Origin: the human T2T-CHM13v2.0 reference genome, Homo sapiens
NCBI RefSeq assembly: GCF_009914755.1
Contig: NC_060928.1
DNA length: 64,000 nt
Reading direction: 5' to 3' (one strand)
Below, piece by piece: positions 1 to 9,891 of the stretch (positions within the stretch are counted from its first letter, which is position 1; every line of letters begins with the position of its first letter). A program made the translations under genes and the position numbers. Below the pieces are notes generated by a model. The model was not told where the DNA came from. It worked only from the letters and a program-made list of their open reading frames with translations, and made no database searches.

Positions 1-390
1 CGAGCAACGCAAGGAGAGCTCAAGAGAGACCACCCCTGCCTCCAGGCCCCCGAGTTGGACGAGCACTTGGTGGAAAGAGCCACTCAGGAAAGCACCTTAG
101 ACCACTGGAAATTCCTTCAAGAGCAAAACAAAACGAAGCCTGAGTTCAACGTCAGAAAAGTCGAAGGTACCCTGCCTCCCGACGTACTTGTGATTCATCA
201 ATCAAAATACAAGTGTGGGATGAAGAACCATCATCCTGAACAGCAAAGCTCCCTGCTAAACCTCTCTTCGACGACCCCGACACATCAGGAGTCCATGAAC
301 ACTGGCACACTCGCTTCCCTGCGAGGGAGGGCCAGGAGATCCAAAGGGAAGAACAAACACAGCAAGAGGGCTCTGCTTGTGTGCCAGTGA
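1..390 (+). CDS. USP17L: USP17-like deubiquitinase, 3' partial (copy 0; 5' part outside the window, integrity unknown)
   Basis: Frame 1 reads [22 protein letters not shown]...KRALLVCQ*, matching the C-terminus of the full copies. Confidence 0.9.
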   Translation, partial: RATQGELKRDHPCLQAPELDEHLVERATQESTLDHWKFLQEQNKTKPEFNVRKVEGTLPPDVLVIHQSKYKCGMKNHHPEQQSSLLNLSSTTPTHQESMNTGTLASLRGRARRSKGKNKHSKRALLVCQ

Positions 391-420
391 TCTCAGTGGA
401 AGTACCGACCCACACGTAGG

Positions 421-512
421 GGTGCACACACACACGCACACACACAGACACACACATAACTACACCCAGAAGCGCGCACGCAAACACACACACACCCACA
501 CAAACACGAACA
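421..512. repeat. Imperfect (CA)n microsatellite ~30 nt after the USP17 stop (same offset in every unit)
   Basis: GGTGCACACACACACGCACACACACAGACACACACATAACTACACCCAGAAGCGCGCACGCAAACACACACACACCCACAC read directly from the sequence. Confidence 0.9.
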
Positions 513-1117
513 CCGTCAATCCTACATAAACTAATGAGGAGCCCAAGTTTCTGTCTCTGCAACAGGGACAACTGGATAGTGATGGCTACATCTCAGGATG
601 AGCCCGCATATGGGAAACATCAAGTTTTGGGGTCGTGAGTCTTCCGAACCTCTGGTGGGACTGTCTGAGTGTTTGTGTTCATGATAGGTGACATTCAGTG
701 TGTATTTCTGAATATGACCTACCGACGTGTAGGTTTGCGTGTGAGGTAATTGCAGGGGACTCGGTTTCGTATTTTCTCTTGGGGTGTGTTTCATTCGTCA
801 GTTGTTGGTCGGCATGAGAAGGTGAAAGGTGGCTCATGTGGGACATCCGTGGATCATTCTCGCCACCTTGAATAGTGGAAACTGGAATGCATTTGGAAGA
901 GAAGAACGGTGCTCTTCTTTCTTCCCCGGGCTCGCCGTTTTTACACTGGTTCCTGAATGGACCTCAGGCGCCCTGGGACTTGTGCTCTTGCTGGAACCCA
1001 CATAACGCCGGAAGCGGACAGACCGACTTGCCTGTTTCACGGTGCCCGCTTCCCATGAGTCGAAACGGAAAATTTTCCCACGGGCATGTAAGTCATCTGG
1101 AAGTAAGCTGTATTGAT

Positions 1118-1203
1118 AATAAAGGAAAGCAAACACAGGAGTGTGTGTATTCAACTGAAATAAATTCAGAAAGCCCTGAAATCAATCTCACTGGGTGTGT
1201 TTA
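1118..1203 (+). terminator. Candidate USP17 polyadenylation region (recurs in each unit)
   Basis: AATAAA at 1118-1123 and 1159-1164, followed by GU-rich CTGGGTGTGTTT at ~1191-1202. This would give a 3'UTR of roughly 0.75-0.8 kb. Usage is inferred. Confidence 0.55.
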
Positions 1204-3074
1204 AAAATGGCATTTGGGGAATTTCTGGGTCATTTGTCCAGCTGCGAAAGCTGCATCTCTGAAGCACAGTCCCTGTCCCGCAGTGAGACTTATTGATCCG
1301 ACGTGGTGTTTCCGTGGAAATGATTGTGGGAAATGGCCCCTTCCTTTTCTCTATTTGCTGATTAGACTTCATGGTCCCTTTCTCGTCAGGTACAGTGATC
1401 AAAGTTGACCAACCCCAGAGGAAAGCTGCCCAGGGCACAACTCAGGGCTCCGTAGAACCACAGAATCTTGGGCGCAACCCTGCTCAAGCACCCAAATGTG
1501 CATACGAACAGGGTCTCCGTGTGACGTGTGTGAAAACTACAGTGTGATGAGCATGACTGGCAGACAGCTTATCGATTGGGCTCCCCTCAAAATCGGTTAT
1601 GAGCATTCAAGCACACCGATGCCCAGGTCCCGGCTGCAGGAATAAGACCCTCCAGGGTCTTGTGTGAAGCCTCGGCATCTGCATTGCTCATGCTTCTGGG
1701 GATCATTCTCCTGAAAATGGTGGCTCCTTTCTCCCTGTGGAGCATCTTTCTAAGCAGTGCTCTTTTCTTCCCCCAGGACACTTTACATCCGGCACAGGAA
1801 GCCTTCTGATGGAGCACACCTGGCCCATGAAAAGACAAGGGAAAGAAACGGGGCCAAAGGTCACAGTCCTCTCATCCCATCATCCTCCTTAAAATCATCC
1901 TAATTTCATGGGCCCTGAAGCCAGGGCTGTTTCTTTACACCTAGAGGCCTTGGCGCCGGGCCTCAATTCCGCCCTGTTCCTTACCGTCTAAGACATGTTG
2001 GGAAAATCCCTAGAGCCAGGATCTTCATTCCTGCTAAGCCAGACAGCCGGAAGACACACCCAAATTCTGTCCCTCTTACTTCAGGGAACATGTCCACTTT
2101 CGGCAGCATTACAATTTTGGCACCAAATGTGCTAACTGCAATTCCACCATACAATGCGTAACTGGAAATGGAGGCAACATCTCCGATCCTGAACGATCGA
2201 TGCGAGAATCCAGGATATGCACGGCTTATTTTGGCCTTTTCCCACTGAAACAAGGGCCAGTATTAAAAATGGCACGCTATCCTCTGTTTCACTCCCTGCT
2301 TTTAAACGTCTCCGATGTTTCTCCCTGAGACAGGGCCTCACTTCCGTCAGCCGGGCTTTTCTACGCTATAATTTTCCTTGTTTGCTTTTGTCCAAATTAG
2401 AACTTTTTATTTCATCTCTAGGAAACGTTGATCCATTATCACATACGTATGGAAATATTATCACACATGCTGTGAGATACGTTGTTTTTATTTTCATCAA
2501 TTGTTTAATAAACAAAAGGTTATAGCTGGGATACCTTCTGAGTTCTCAAGTTTTTTGTTTCGTGTTTTCTTAAACTGCCGTCGCACGTCCAAAACCGCTC
2601 ACTATGCAGTGTCATGACCGTCTCTCTTTTCTGGCAAACATAAATTTGGGGATTGTCATCAATTAGTCTCTCGGGGATTGCATGATTTCCCCAAAGGCTT
2701 TCACAGTCTACTTTGTGCACTGAGTATCTCTTCAAACTTCAGTGCATGTTTCTACCATTTCATGCTTTCTTATTTGGCAATCTAGCTTCCACAAGAGCAT
2801 TTCATGCAAAGACTTGTCTTGTTCTCCACTGGCAGGTAATTTCACTCGGATAGAGAATCAATAGGCTCAACGTGGAAAGGTTATCGCTGGAAGGTCTGTT
2901 TGATTCCACGGATCTCTCCTTTCTCATTAGGGAAGAAAATACGCTGTGCTAAATACTATACTTCATTGACTATCCTCAGGTCAGAAAGCGCACTTTCGAC
3001 TTCTTGTCTTTCCGTCGCTGAGAGGATGATGGCAGCTGCCAAAAGTACATACTTGGAAGTTCATCCCAGCAAAA

Positions 3075-3142
3075 ACACACACACACACGCGCCCCCCCCC
3101 TACACACACACACGAACACAATCACACACACACACACTCACA
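3075..3142. repeat. Compound (CA)n-C-run-(CA)n microsatellite upstream of USP17 (one per unit, polymorphic between units)
   Basis: ACACACACACACACGCGCCCCCCCCCTACACACACACACGAACACAATCACACACACACACTCACA. Length differs between units, e.g. shorter at ~26828-26892. Confidence 0.92.
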
Positions 3143-3229
3143 CGGTTTCCTACGTAAAGATTTCTTCCCTGCCATTGCTTTACCTAAAATAAGGCAACTG
3201 TGTGGCCACTGTCCCAACCCGGTTACACT

Positions 3230-3548
3230 CCTATTATATGTGCCTATCATCCTGAGGAGTAATTTGATTCAGGTGTTCTGGAAGTCATGCTGTGGGCTGT
3301 GTCTGTTGAATTCCCAGCGATGCAAGGGGACACACCCTGTGACTCCTTCCTGAATTGAGTGCTGATATTTGATTGGCTTATCGCGCACCTGATGAGTGGG
3401 TGGGGTGTTCGCGGTTGGTGGGGGTGACTTACAGAAGGGCTGATGCGGCCAGAGAGCTCGTCATTTGAAGACTCTCTCGGAAGGGATAGCGTCTTTCTGC
3501 AACCTGCGGTCCCAGCAGAAAAACCTTGTGATCCTTGTTCCAGTCGAC
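3230..3548 (+). promoter_or_regulatory. Putative USP17 proximal promoter / 5' leader (recurs in each unit)
   Basis: TATTATA near 3232, inverted CCAAT (ATTGG 3372-3376) and a GT/CACCC box (GGGTGGGG 3398-3405) directly 5' of the ORF. RS447 units are known to contain their own promoter. The TSS cannot be determined from sequence. Confidence 0.5.
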
Positions 3549-5141
3549 ATGGAGGACGACTCACTCTACTTGGGAGGTGAGTGGCAGTTCAACCACTTTT
3601 CAAAACTCACATCTTCTCGGCCCGATGCAGCTTTTGCTGAAATCCAGCGGACTTCTCTCCCTGAGAAGTCACCACTCTCATGTGAGACCCGTGTCGACCT
3701 CTGTGATGATTTGGCTCCTGTGGCAAGACAGCTTGCTCCCAGGGAGAAGCTTCCTCTGAGTAGCAGGAGACCTGCTGCGGTGGGGGCTGGGCTCCAGAAT
3801 ATGGGAAATACCTGCTACGTGAACGCTTCCTTGCAGTGCCTGACATACACACCGCCCCTTGCCAACTACATGCTGTCCCGGGAGCACTCTCAAACGTGTC
3901 ATCGTCACAAGGGCTGCATGCTCTGTACGATGCAAGCTCACATCACACGGGCCCTCCACAATCCTGGCCACGTCATCCAGCCCTCACAGGCATTGGCTGC
4001 TGGCTTCCATAGAGGCAAGCAGGAAGATGCCCATGAATTTCTCATGTTCACTGTGGATGCCATGAAAAAGGCATGCCTTCCCGGGCACAAGCAGGTGGAT
4101 CATCACTCTAAGGACACCACCCTCATCCACCAAATATTTGGAGGCTACTGGAGATCTCAAATCAAGTGTCTCCACTGCCACGGCATTTCAGACACTTTTG
4201 ACCCTTACCTGGACATCGCCCTGGATATCCAGGCAGCTCAGAGTGTCCAGCAAGCTTTGGAACAGTTGGTGAAGCCCGAAGAACTCAATGGAGAGAATGC
4301 CTATCATTGTGGTGTTTGTCTCCAGAGGGCGCCGGCCTCCAAGACGTTAACTTTACACACCTCTGCCAAGGTCCTCATCCTTGTATTGAAGAGATTCTCC
4401 GATGTCACAGGCAACAAGATTGCCAAGAATGTGCAATATCCTGAGTGCCTTGACATGCAGCCATACATGTCTCAGCCGAACACAGGACCTCTCGTCTATG
4501 TCCTCTATGCTGTGCTGGTCCACGCTGGGTGGAGTTGTCACAACGGACATTACTTCTCTTATGTCAAAGCTCAAGAAGGCCAGTGGTATAAAATGGATGA
4601 TGCCGAGGTCACCGCCTCTAGCATCACTTCTGTCCTGAATCAACAGGCCTACGTCCTCTTTTACATCCAGAAGAGTGAATGGGAAAGACACAGTGAGAGT
4701 GTGTCAAGAGGCAGGGAACCAAGAGCCCTTGGCGCAGAAGACACAGACAGGCGAGCAACGCAAGGAGAGCTCAAGAGAGACTACCCCTGCCTCCAGGCCC
4801 CCGAGTTGGGCGAGCACTTGGTGGAAAGAGCCACTCAGGAAAGCACCTTAGACCACTGGAAATTCCTTCAAGAGCAAAACAAAACGAAGCCTGAGTTCAA
4901 CGTCAGAAAAGTCGAAGGTACCCTGCCTCCCGACGTACTTGTGATTCATCAATCAAAATACAAGTGTGGGATGAAGAACCATCATCCTGAACAGCAAAGC
5001 TCCCTGCTAAACCTCTCTTCGACGACCCCGACACATCAGGAGTCCATGAACACTGGCACACTCGCTTCCCTGCGAGGGAGGGCCAGGAGATCCAAAGGGA
5101 AGAACAAACACAGCAAGAGGGCTCTGCTTGTGTGCCAGTGA
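3549..5141 (+). CDS. USP17L: Ubiquitin carboxyl-terminal hydrolase 17-like (USP17/DUB3 family), 530 aa, copy 1
   Basis: ATG in GACATGG context begins [10 protein letters not shown]. Cys box [10 protein letters not shown] (C89), QEDAHEF, His box [11 protein letters not shown] (H334), WYKMDD (D350) and B(X7)B motif RRATQGELK are present. Variants: P310, N364, Y412, G421. Confidence 0.97.
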   Translation: MEDDSLYLGGEWQFNHFSKLTSSRPDAAFAEIQRTSLPEKSPLSCETRVDLCDDLAPVARQLAPREKLPLSSRRPAAVGAGLQNMGNTCYVNASLQCLTYTPPLANYMLSREHSQTCHRHKGCMLCTMQAHITRALHNPGHVIQPSQALAAGFHRGKQEDAHEFLMFTVDAMKKACLPGHKQVDHHSKDTTLIHQIFGGYWRSQIKCLHCHGISDTFDPYLDIALDIQAAQSVQQALEQLVKPEELNGENAYHCGVCLQRAPASKTLTLHTSAKVLILVLKRFSDVTGNKIAKNVQYPECLDMQPYMSQPNTGPLVYVLYAVLVHAGWSCHNGHYFSYVKAQEGQWYKMDDAEVTASSITSVLNQQAYVLFYIQKSEWERHSESVSRGREPRALGAEDTDRRATQGELKRDYPCLQAPELGEHLVERATQESTLDHWKFLQEQNKTKPEFNVRKVEGTLPPDVLVIHQSKYKCGMKNHHPEQQSSLLNLSSTTPTHQESMNTGTLASLRGRARRSKGKNKHSKRALLVCQ

Positions 5142-8100
5142 TCTCAGTGGAAGTACCGACCCACACGTAGGGGTGCACACACACACGCACACACACAGAC
5201 ACACACATAACTACACCCAGAAGCGCGCACGCAAACACACACACACCCACACAAACACGAACACCGTCAATCCTACATAAACTAATGAGGAGCCCAAGTT
5301 TCTGTCTCTACAACAGGGACAACTGGATAGTGATGGCTACATCTCAGGATGAGCCTGCATATGGGAAACATCAAGTTTTGTGGTCGTGAGTCTTCCGAAC
5401 CTCTGGTGGGACTGTCTGAGTGTTTGTGTTCATGATAGGTGACATTCAGTGTGTATTTCTGAATATGACCTACCGACGTGTAGGTTTGCGTGTGAGGTAA
5501 TTGCAGGGGACTCGGTTTCGTATTTTCTCTTGGGGTGTGTTTCATTCGTCAGTTGTTGGTCGGCATGAGAAGGTGAAAGGTGGCTCATGTGGGACATCCG
5601 TGGATCATTCTCGCCACCTTGAATAGTGGAAACTGGAATGCATTTGGAAGAGAAGAACGGTGCTCTTCTTTCTTCCCCGGGCTCGCCGTTTTTACACTGG
5701 TTCCTGAATGGACCTCAGGCGCCCTGGGACTTGTGCTCTTGCTGGAACCCACATAACGCCGGAAGCGGACAGACCGACTTGCCTGTTTCACGGTGCCCGC
5801 TTCCCATGAGTCGAAACGGAAAATTTTCCCACGGGCATGTAAGTCATCTGGAAGTAAGCTGTATTGATAATAAAGGAAAGCAAACACAGGAGTGTGTGTA
5901 TTCAACTGAAATAAATTCAGAAAGCCCTGAAATCAATCTCACTGGGTGTGTTTAAAAATGGCATTTGGGGAATTTCTGGGTCATTTGTCCAGCTGCGAAA
6001 GCTGCATCTCTGAAGCACAGTCCCTGTCCCGCAGTGAGACTTATTTATCCGACGTGGTGTTTCCGTGGAAATGATTGTGGGAAATGGCCCCTTCCTTTGC
6101 TCTATTTGCTGATTAGACTTCATGGTCCCTTTCTCGTCAGGTACAGTGATCAAAGTTGACCAACCCCAGAGGAAAGCTGCCCAGGGCACAACTCAGGGCT
6201 CCGTAGAACCACAGAATCTTGGGCGCAACCCTGCTCAAGCACCCAAATGTGCATACGAACAGGGTCTCCGTGTGACGTGTGTGAAAACTACAGTGTGATG
6301 AGCATGACTGGCAGACAGCTTATCGATTGGGCTCCCCTCAAAATCGGTTATGAGCATTCAAGCACACCGATGCCCAGGTCCCGGCTGCAGGAATAAGACC
6401 CTCCAGGGTCTTGTGTGAAGCCTCGGCATCTGCATTGCTCATGCTTCTGGGGATCATTCTCCTGAAAATGGTGGCTCCTTTCTCCCTGTGGAGCATCTTT
6501 CTAAGCAGTGCTCTTTTCTTCCCCCAGGACACTTTACATCCGGCACAGGAAGCCTTCTGATGGAGCACACCTGGCCCATGAAAAGACAAGGGAAAGAAAC
6601 GGGGCCAAAGGTCACAGTCCTCTCATCCCATCATCCTCCTTAAAATCATCCTAATTTCATGGGCCCTGAAGCCAGGGCTGTTTCTTTACACCTAGAGGCC
6701 TTGGCGCCGGGCCTCAATTCCGCCCTGTTCCTTACCGTCTAAGACATGTTGGGATAATCCCTAGAGCCAGGATCTTCATTCCTGCTAAGCCAGACAGCCG
6801 GAAGACACACCCAAATTCTGTCCCTCTTACTTCAGGGAACATGTCCACTTTCGGCAGCATTACAATTTTGGCACCAAATGTGCTAACTGCAATTCCACCA
6901 TACAATGCGTAACTGGAAATGGAGGCAACATCTCCGATCCTGAACGATCGATGCGAGAATCCAGGATATGCACGGCTTATTTTGGCCTTTTCCCACTGAA
7001 ACAAGGGCCAGTATTAAAAATGGCACGCTATCCTCTGTTTCACTCCCTGCTTTTAAACGTCTCCGATGTTTCTCCCTGAGACAGGGCCTCACTTCCGTCA
7101 GCCGGGCTTTTCTACGCTATAATTTTCCTTGTTTGCTTTTGTCCAAATTAGAACTTTTTATTTCATCTCTAGGAAACGTTGATCCATTATCACATACGTA
7201 TGGAAATATTATCACACATGCTGTGAGATACGTTGTTTTTATTTTCATCAATTGTTTAATAAACAAAAGGTTATAGCTGGGATACCTTCTGAGTTCTCAA
7301 GTTTTTTGTTTCGTGTTTTCTTAAACTGCCGTCGCACGTCCGAAACCGCTCACTATGCAGTGTCATGACCGTCTCTCTTTTCTGGCAAACATAAATTTGG
7401 GGATTGTCATCAATTAGTCTCTCGGGGATTGCATGATTTCCCCAAAGGCTTTCACAGTCTACTTTGTGCACTGAGTATCTCTTCAAACTTCAGTGCATGT
7501 TTCTACCATTTCATGCTTTCTTATTTGGCAATCTAGCTTCCACAAGAGCATTTCATGCAAAGACTTGTCTTCTTCTCCACTGGCAGGTAATTTCACTCGG
7601 ATAGAGAATCAATAGGCTCAACGTGGAAAGGTTATCGCTGGAAGGTCTGTTTGATTCCACGGATCTCTCCTTTCTCATTAGGGAAGAAAATACGCTGTGC
7701 TAAATACTATACTTCATTGACTATCCTCAGGTCAGAAAGCGCACTTTCGACTTCTTGTCTTTCCGTCGCTGAGAGGATGATGGCAGCTGCCAAAAGTACA
7801 TACTTGGAAGTTCATCCCAGCAAAAACACACACACACACGCGCCCCCCCCCACACACACACACGAACACAATCACACACACACACACTCACACGGTTTCC
7901 TACGTAAAGATTTCTTCCCTGCCATTGCTTTACCTAAAATAAGGCAACTGTGTGGCCACTGTCCCAACCCGGTTACACTCCTATTATATGTGCCTATCAT
8001 CCTGAGGAGTAATTTGATTCAGGTGTTCTGGAAGTCATGCTGTGGGCTGTGTCTGTTGAATTCCCAGCGATGCAAGGGGACACACCCTGTGACTCCTTCC

Positions 8101-8298
8101 TGAATTGAGTGCTGATATTTGATTGGCTTATCGCGCACCTGATGAGTGGGTGGGGTGTTCGCGGTTGGTGGGGGTGACTTACAGAAGGGCTGATGCGGCA
8201 AGAGAGCTCGTCATTTGAAGACTCTCTCGGAAGGGATAGCGTCTTTCTGCAACCTGCGGTCCCAGCAGAAAAACCTTGTGATCCTTGTTCCAGTCGAC

Positions 8299-9891
8299 AT
8301 GGAGGACGACTCACTCTACTTGGGAGGTGAGTGGCAGTTCAACCACTTTTCAAAACTCACATCTTCTCGGCCAGATGCAGCTTTTGCTGAAATCCAGCGG
8401 ACTTCTCTCCCTGAGAAGTCACCACTCTCATGTGAGACCCGTGTCGACCTCTGTGATGATTTGGCTCCTGTGGCAAGACAGCTTGCTCCCAGGGAGAAGC
8501 TTCCTCTGAGTAGCAGGAGACCTGCTGCGGTGGGGGCTGGGCTCCAGAATATGGGAAATACCTGCTACGTGAACGCTTCCTTGCAGTGCCTGACATACAC
8601 ACCGCCCCTTGCCATCTACATGCTGTCCCGGGAGCACTCTCAAACGTGTCATCGTCACAAGGGCTGCATGCTCTGTACGATGCAAGCTCACATCACACGG
8701 GCCCTCCACAATCCTGGCCACGTCATCCAGCCCTCACAGGCATTGGCTGCTGGCTTCCATAGAGGCAAGCAGGAAGATGCCCATGAATTTCTCATGTTCA
8801 CTGTGGATGCCATGAAAAAGGCATGCCTTCCCGGGCACAAGCAGGTGGATCATCACTCTAAGGACACCACCCTCATCCACCAAATATTTGGAGGCTACTG
8901 GAGATCTCAAATCAAGTGTCTCCACTGCCACGGCATTTCAGACACTTTTGACCCTTACCTGGACATCGCCCTGGATATCCAGGCAGCTCAGAGTGTCCAG
9001 CAAGCTTTGGAACAGTTGGTGAAGCCCGAAGAACTCAATGGAGAGAATGCCTATCATTGTGGTGTTTGTCTCCAGAGGGCGCCGGCCTCCAAGACGTTAA
9101 CTTTACACACCTCTGCCAAGGTCCTCATCCTTGTATTGAAGAGATTCTCCGATGTCACAGGCAACAAGATTGCCAAGAATGTGCAATATCCTGAGTGCCT
9201 TGACATGCAGCCATACATGTCTCAGCCGAACACAGGACCTCTCGTCTATGTCCTCTATGCTGTGCTGGTCCACGCTGGGTGGAGTTGTCACAACGGACAT
9301 TACTTCTCTTATGTCAAAGCTCAAGAAGGCCAGTGGTATAAAATGGATGATGCCGAGGTCACCGCCTCTAGCATCACTTCTGTCCTGAATCAACAGGCCT
9401 ACGTCCTCTTTTACATCCAGAAGAGTGAATGGGAAAGACACAGTGAGAGTGTGTCAAGAGGCAGGGAACCAAGAGCCCTTGGCGCAGAAGACACAGACAG
9501 GCGAGCAACGCAAGGAGAGCTCAAGAGAGACTACCCCTGCCTCCAGGCCCCCGAGTTGGGCGAGCACTTGGTGGAAAGAGCCACTCAGGAAAGCACCTTA
9601 GACCACTGGAAATTCCTTCAAGAGCAAAACAAAACGAAGCCTGAGTTCAACGTCAGAAAAGTCGAAGGTACCCTGCCTCCCGACGTACTTGTGATTCATC
9701 AATCAAAATACAAGTGTGGGATGAAGAACCATCATCCTGAACAGCAAAGCTCCCTGCTAAACCTCTCTTCGACGACCCCGACACATCAGGAGTCCATGAA
9801 CACTGGCACACTCGCTTCCCTGCGAGGGAGGGCCAGGAGATCCAAAGGGAAGAACAAACACAGCAAGAGGGCTCTGCTTGTGTGCCAGTGA
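8299..9891 (+). CDS. USP17L: USP17-like deubiquitinase, 530 aa, copy 2 (N106I)
   Basis: Intact ORF and catalytic triad. Codon 106 is ATC (8614-8616). N364/Y412/G421. Confidence 0.97.
   Translation: MEDDSLYLGGEWQFNHFSKLTSSRPDAAFAEIQRTSLPEKSPLSCETRVDLCDDLAPVARQLAPREKLPLSSRRPAAVGAGLQNMGNTCYVNASLQCLTYTPPLAIYMLSREHSQTCHRHKGCMLCTMQAHITRALHNPGHVIQPSQALAAGFHRGKQEDAHEFLMFTVDAMKKACLPGHKQVDHHSKDTTLIHQIFGGYWRSQIKCLHCHGISDTFDPYLDIALDIQAAQSVQQALEQLVKPEELNGENAYHCGVCLQRAPASKTLTLHTSAKVLILVLKRFSDVTGNKIAKNVQYPECLDMQPYMSQPNTGPLVYVLYAVLVHAGWSCHNGHYFSYVKAQEGQWYKMDDAEVTASSITSVLNQQAYVLFYIQKSEWERHSESVSRGREPRALGAEDTDRRATQGELKRDYPCLQAPELGEHLVERATQESTLDHWKFLQEQNKTKPEFNVRKVEGTLPPDVLVIHQSKYKCGMKNHHPEQQSSLLNLSSTTPTHQESMNTGTLASLRGRARRSKGKNKHSKRALLVCQ

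Noticed and set aside
2461-2692. Short inverted repeats (TCACA-N5-TGTGA; GGGGA...TCCCC) as structured ncRNA
   Set aside because: The stems are only about 5 bp, as expected by chance, and no tRNA, snoRNA or miRNA hallmarks are visible.
531-3157. Many 60-150 aa spacer ORFs repeated in each unit
   Set aside because: They have no recognisable domains, many use non-ATG starts, and some translate CA repeats and frameshift with tract length. Their recurrence reflects the tandem repeat only.
3465-3548. 28-codon N-terminal extension (558-aa ORF calls)
   Set aside because: It starts at TTG, an ORF-finder alternative start. The known USP17 N-terminus is MEDDSLYL, with a good Kozak ATG at 3549. Conservation across near-identical copies is uninformative.
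5118-5141. C-terminal ALLVCQ as a CaaX prenylation signal
   Set aside because: The Cys is penultimate, not fourth from the end.
3607-5250. Antisense and alternate-frame ORFs overlapping USP17
   Set aside because: These are short shadow ORFs of the coding sequence with no independent evidence.
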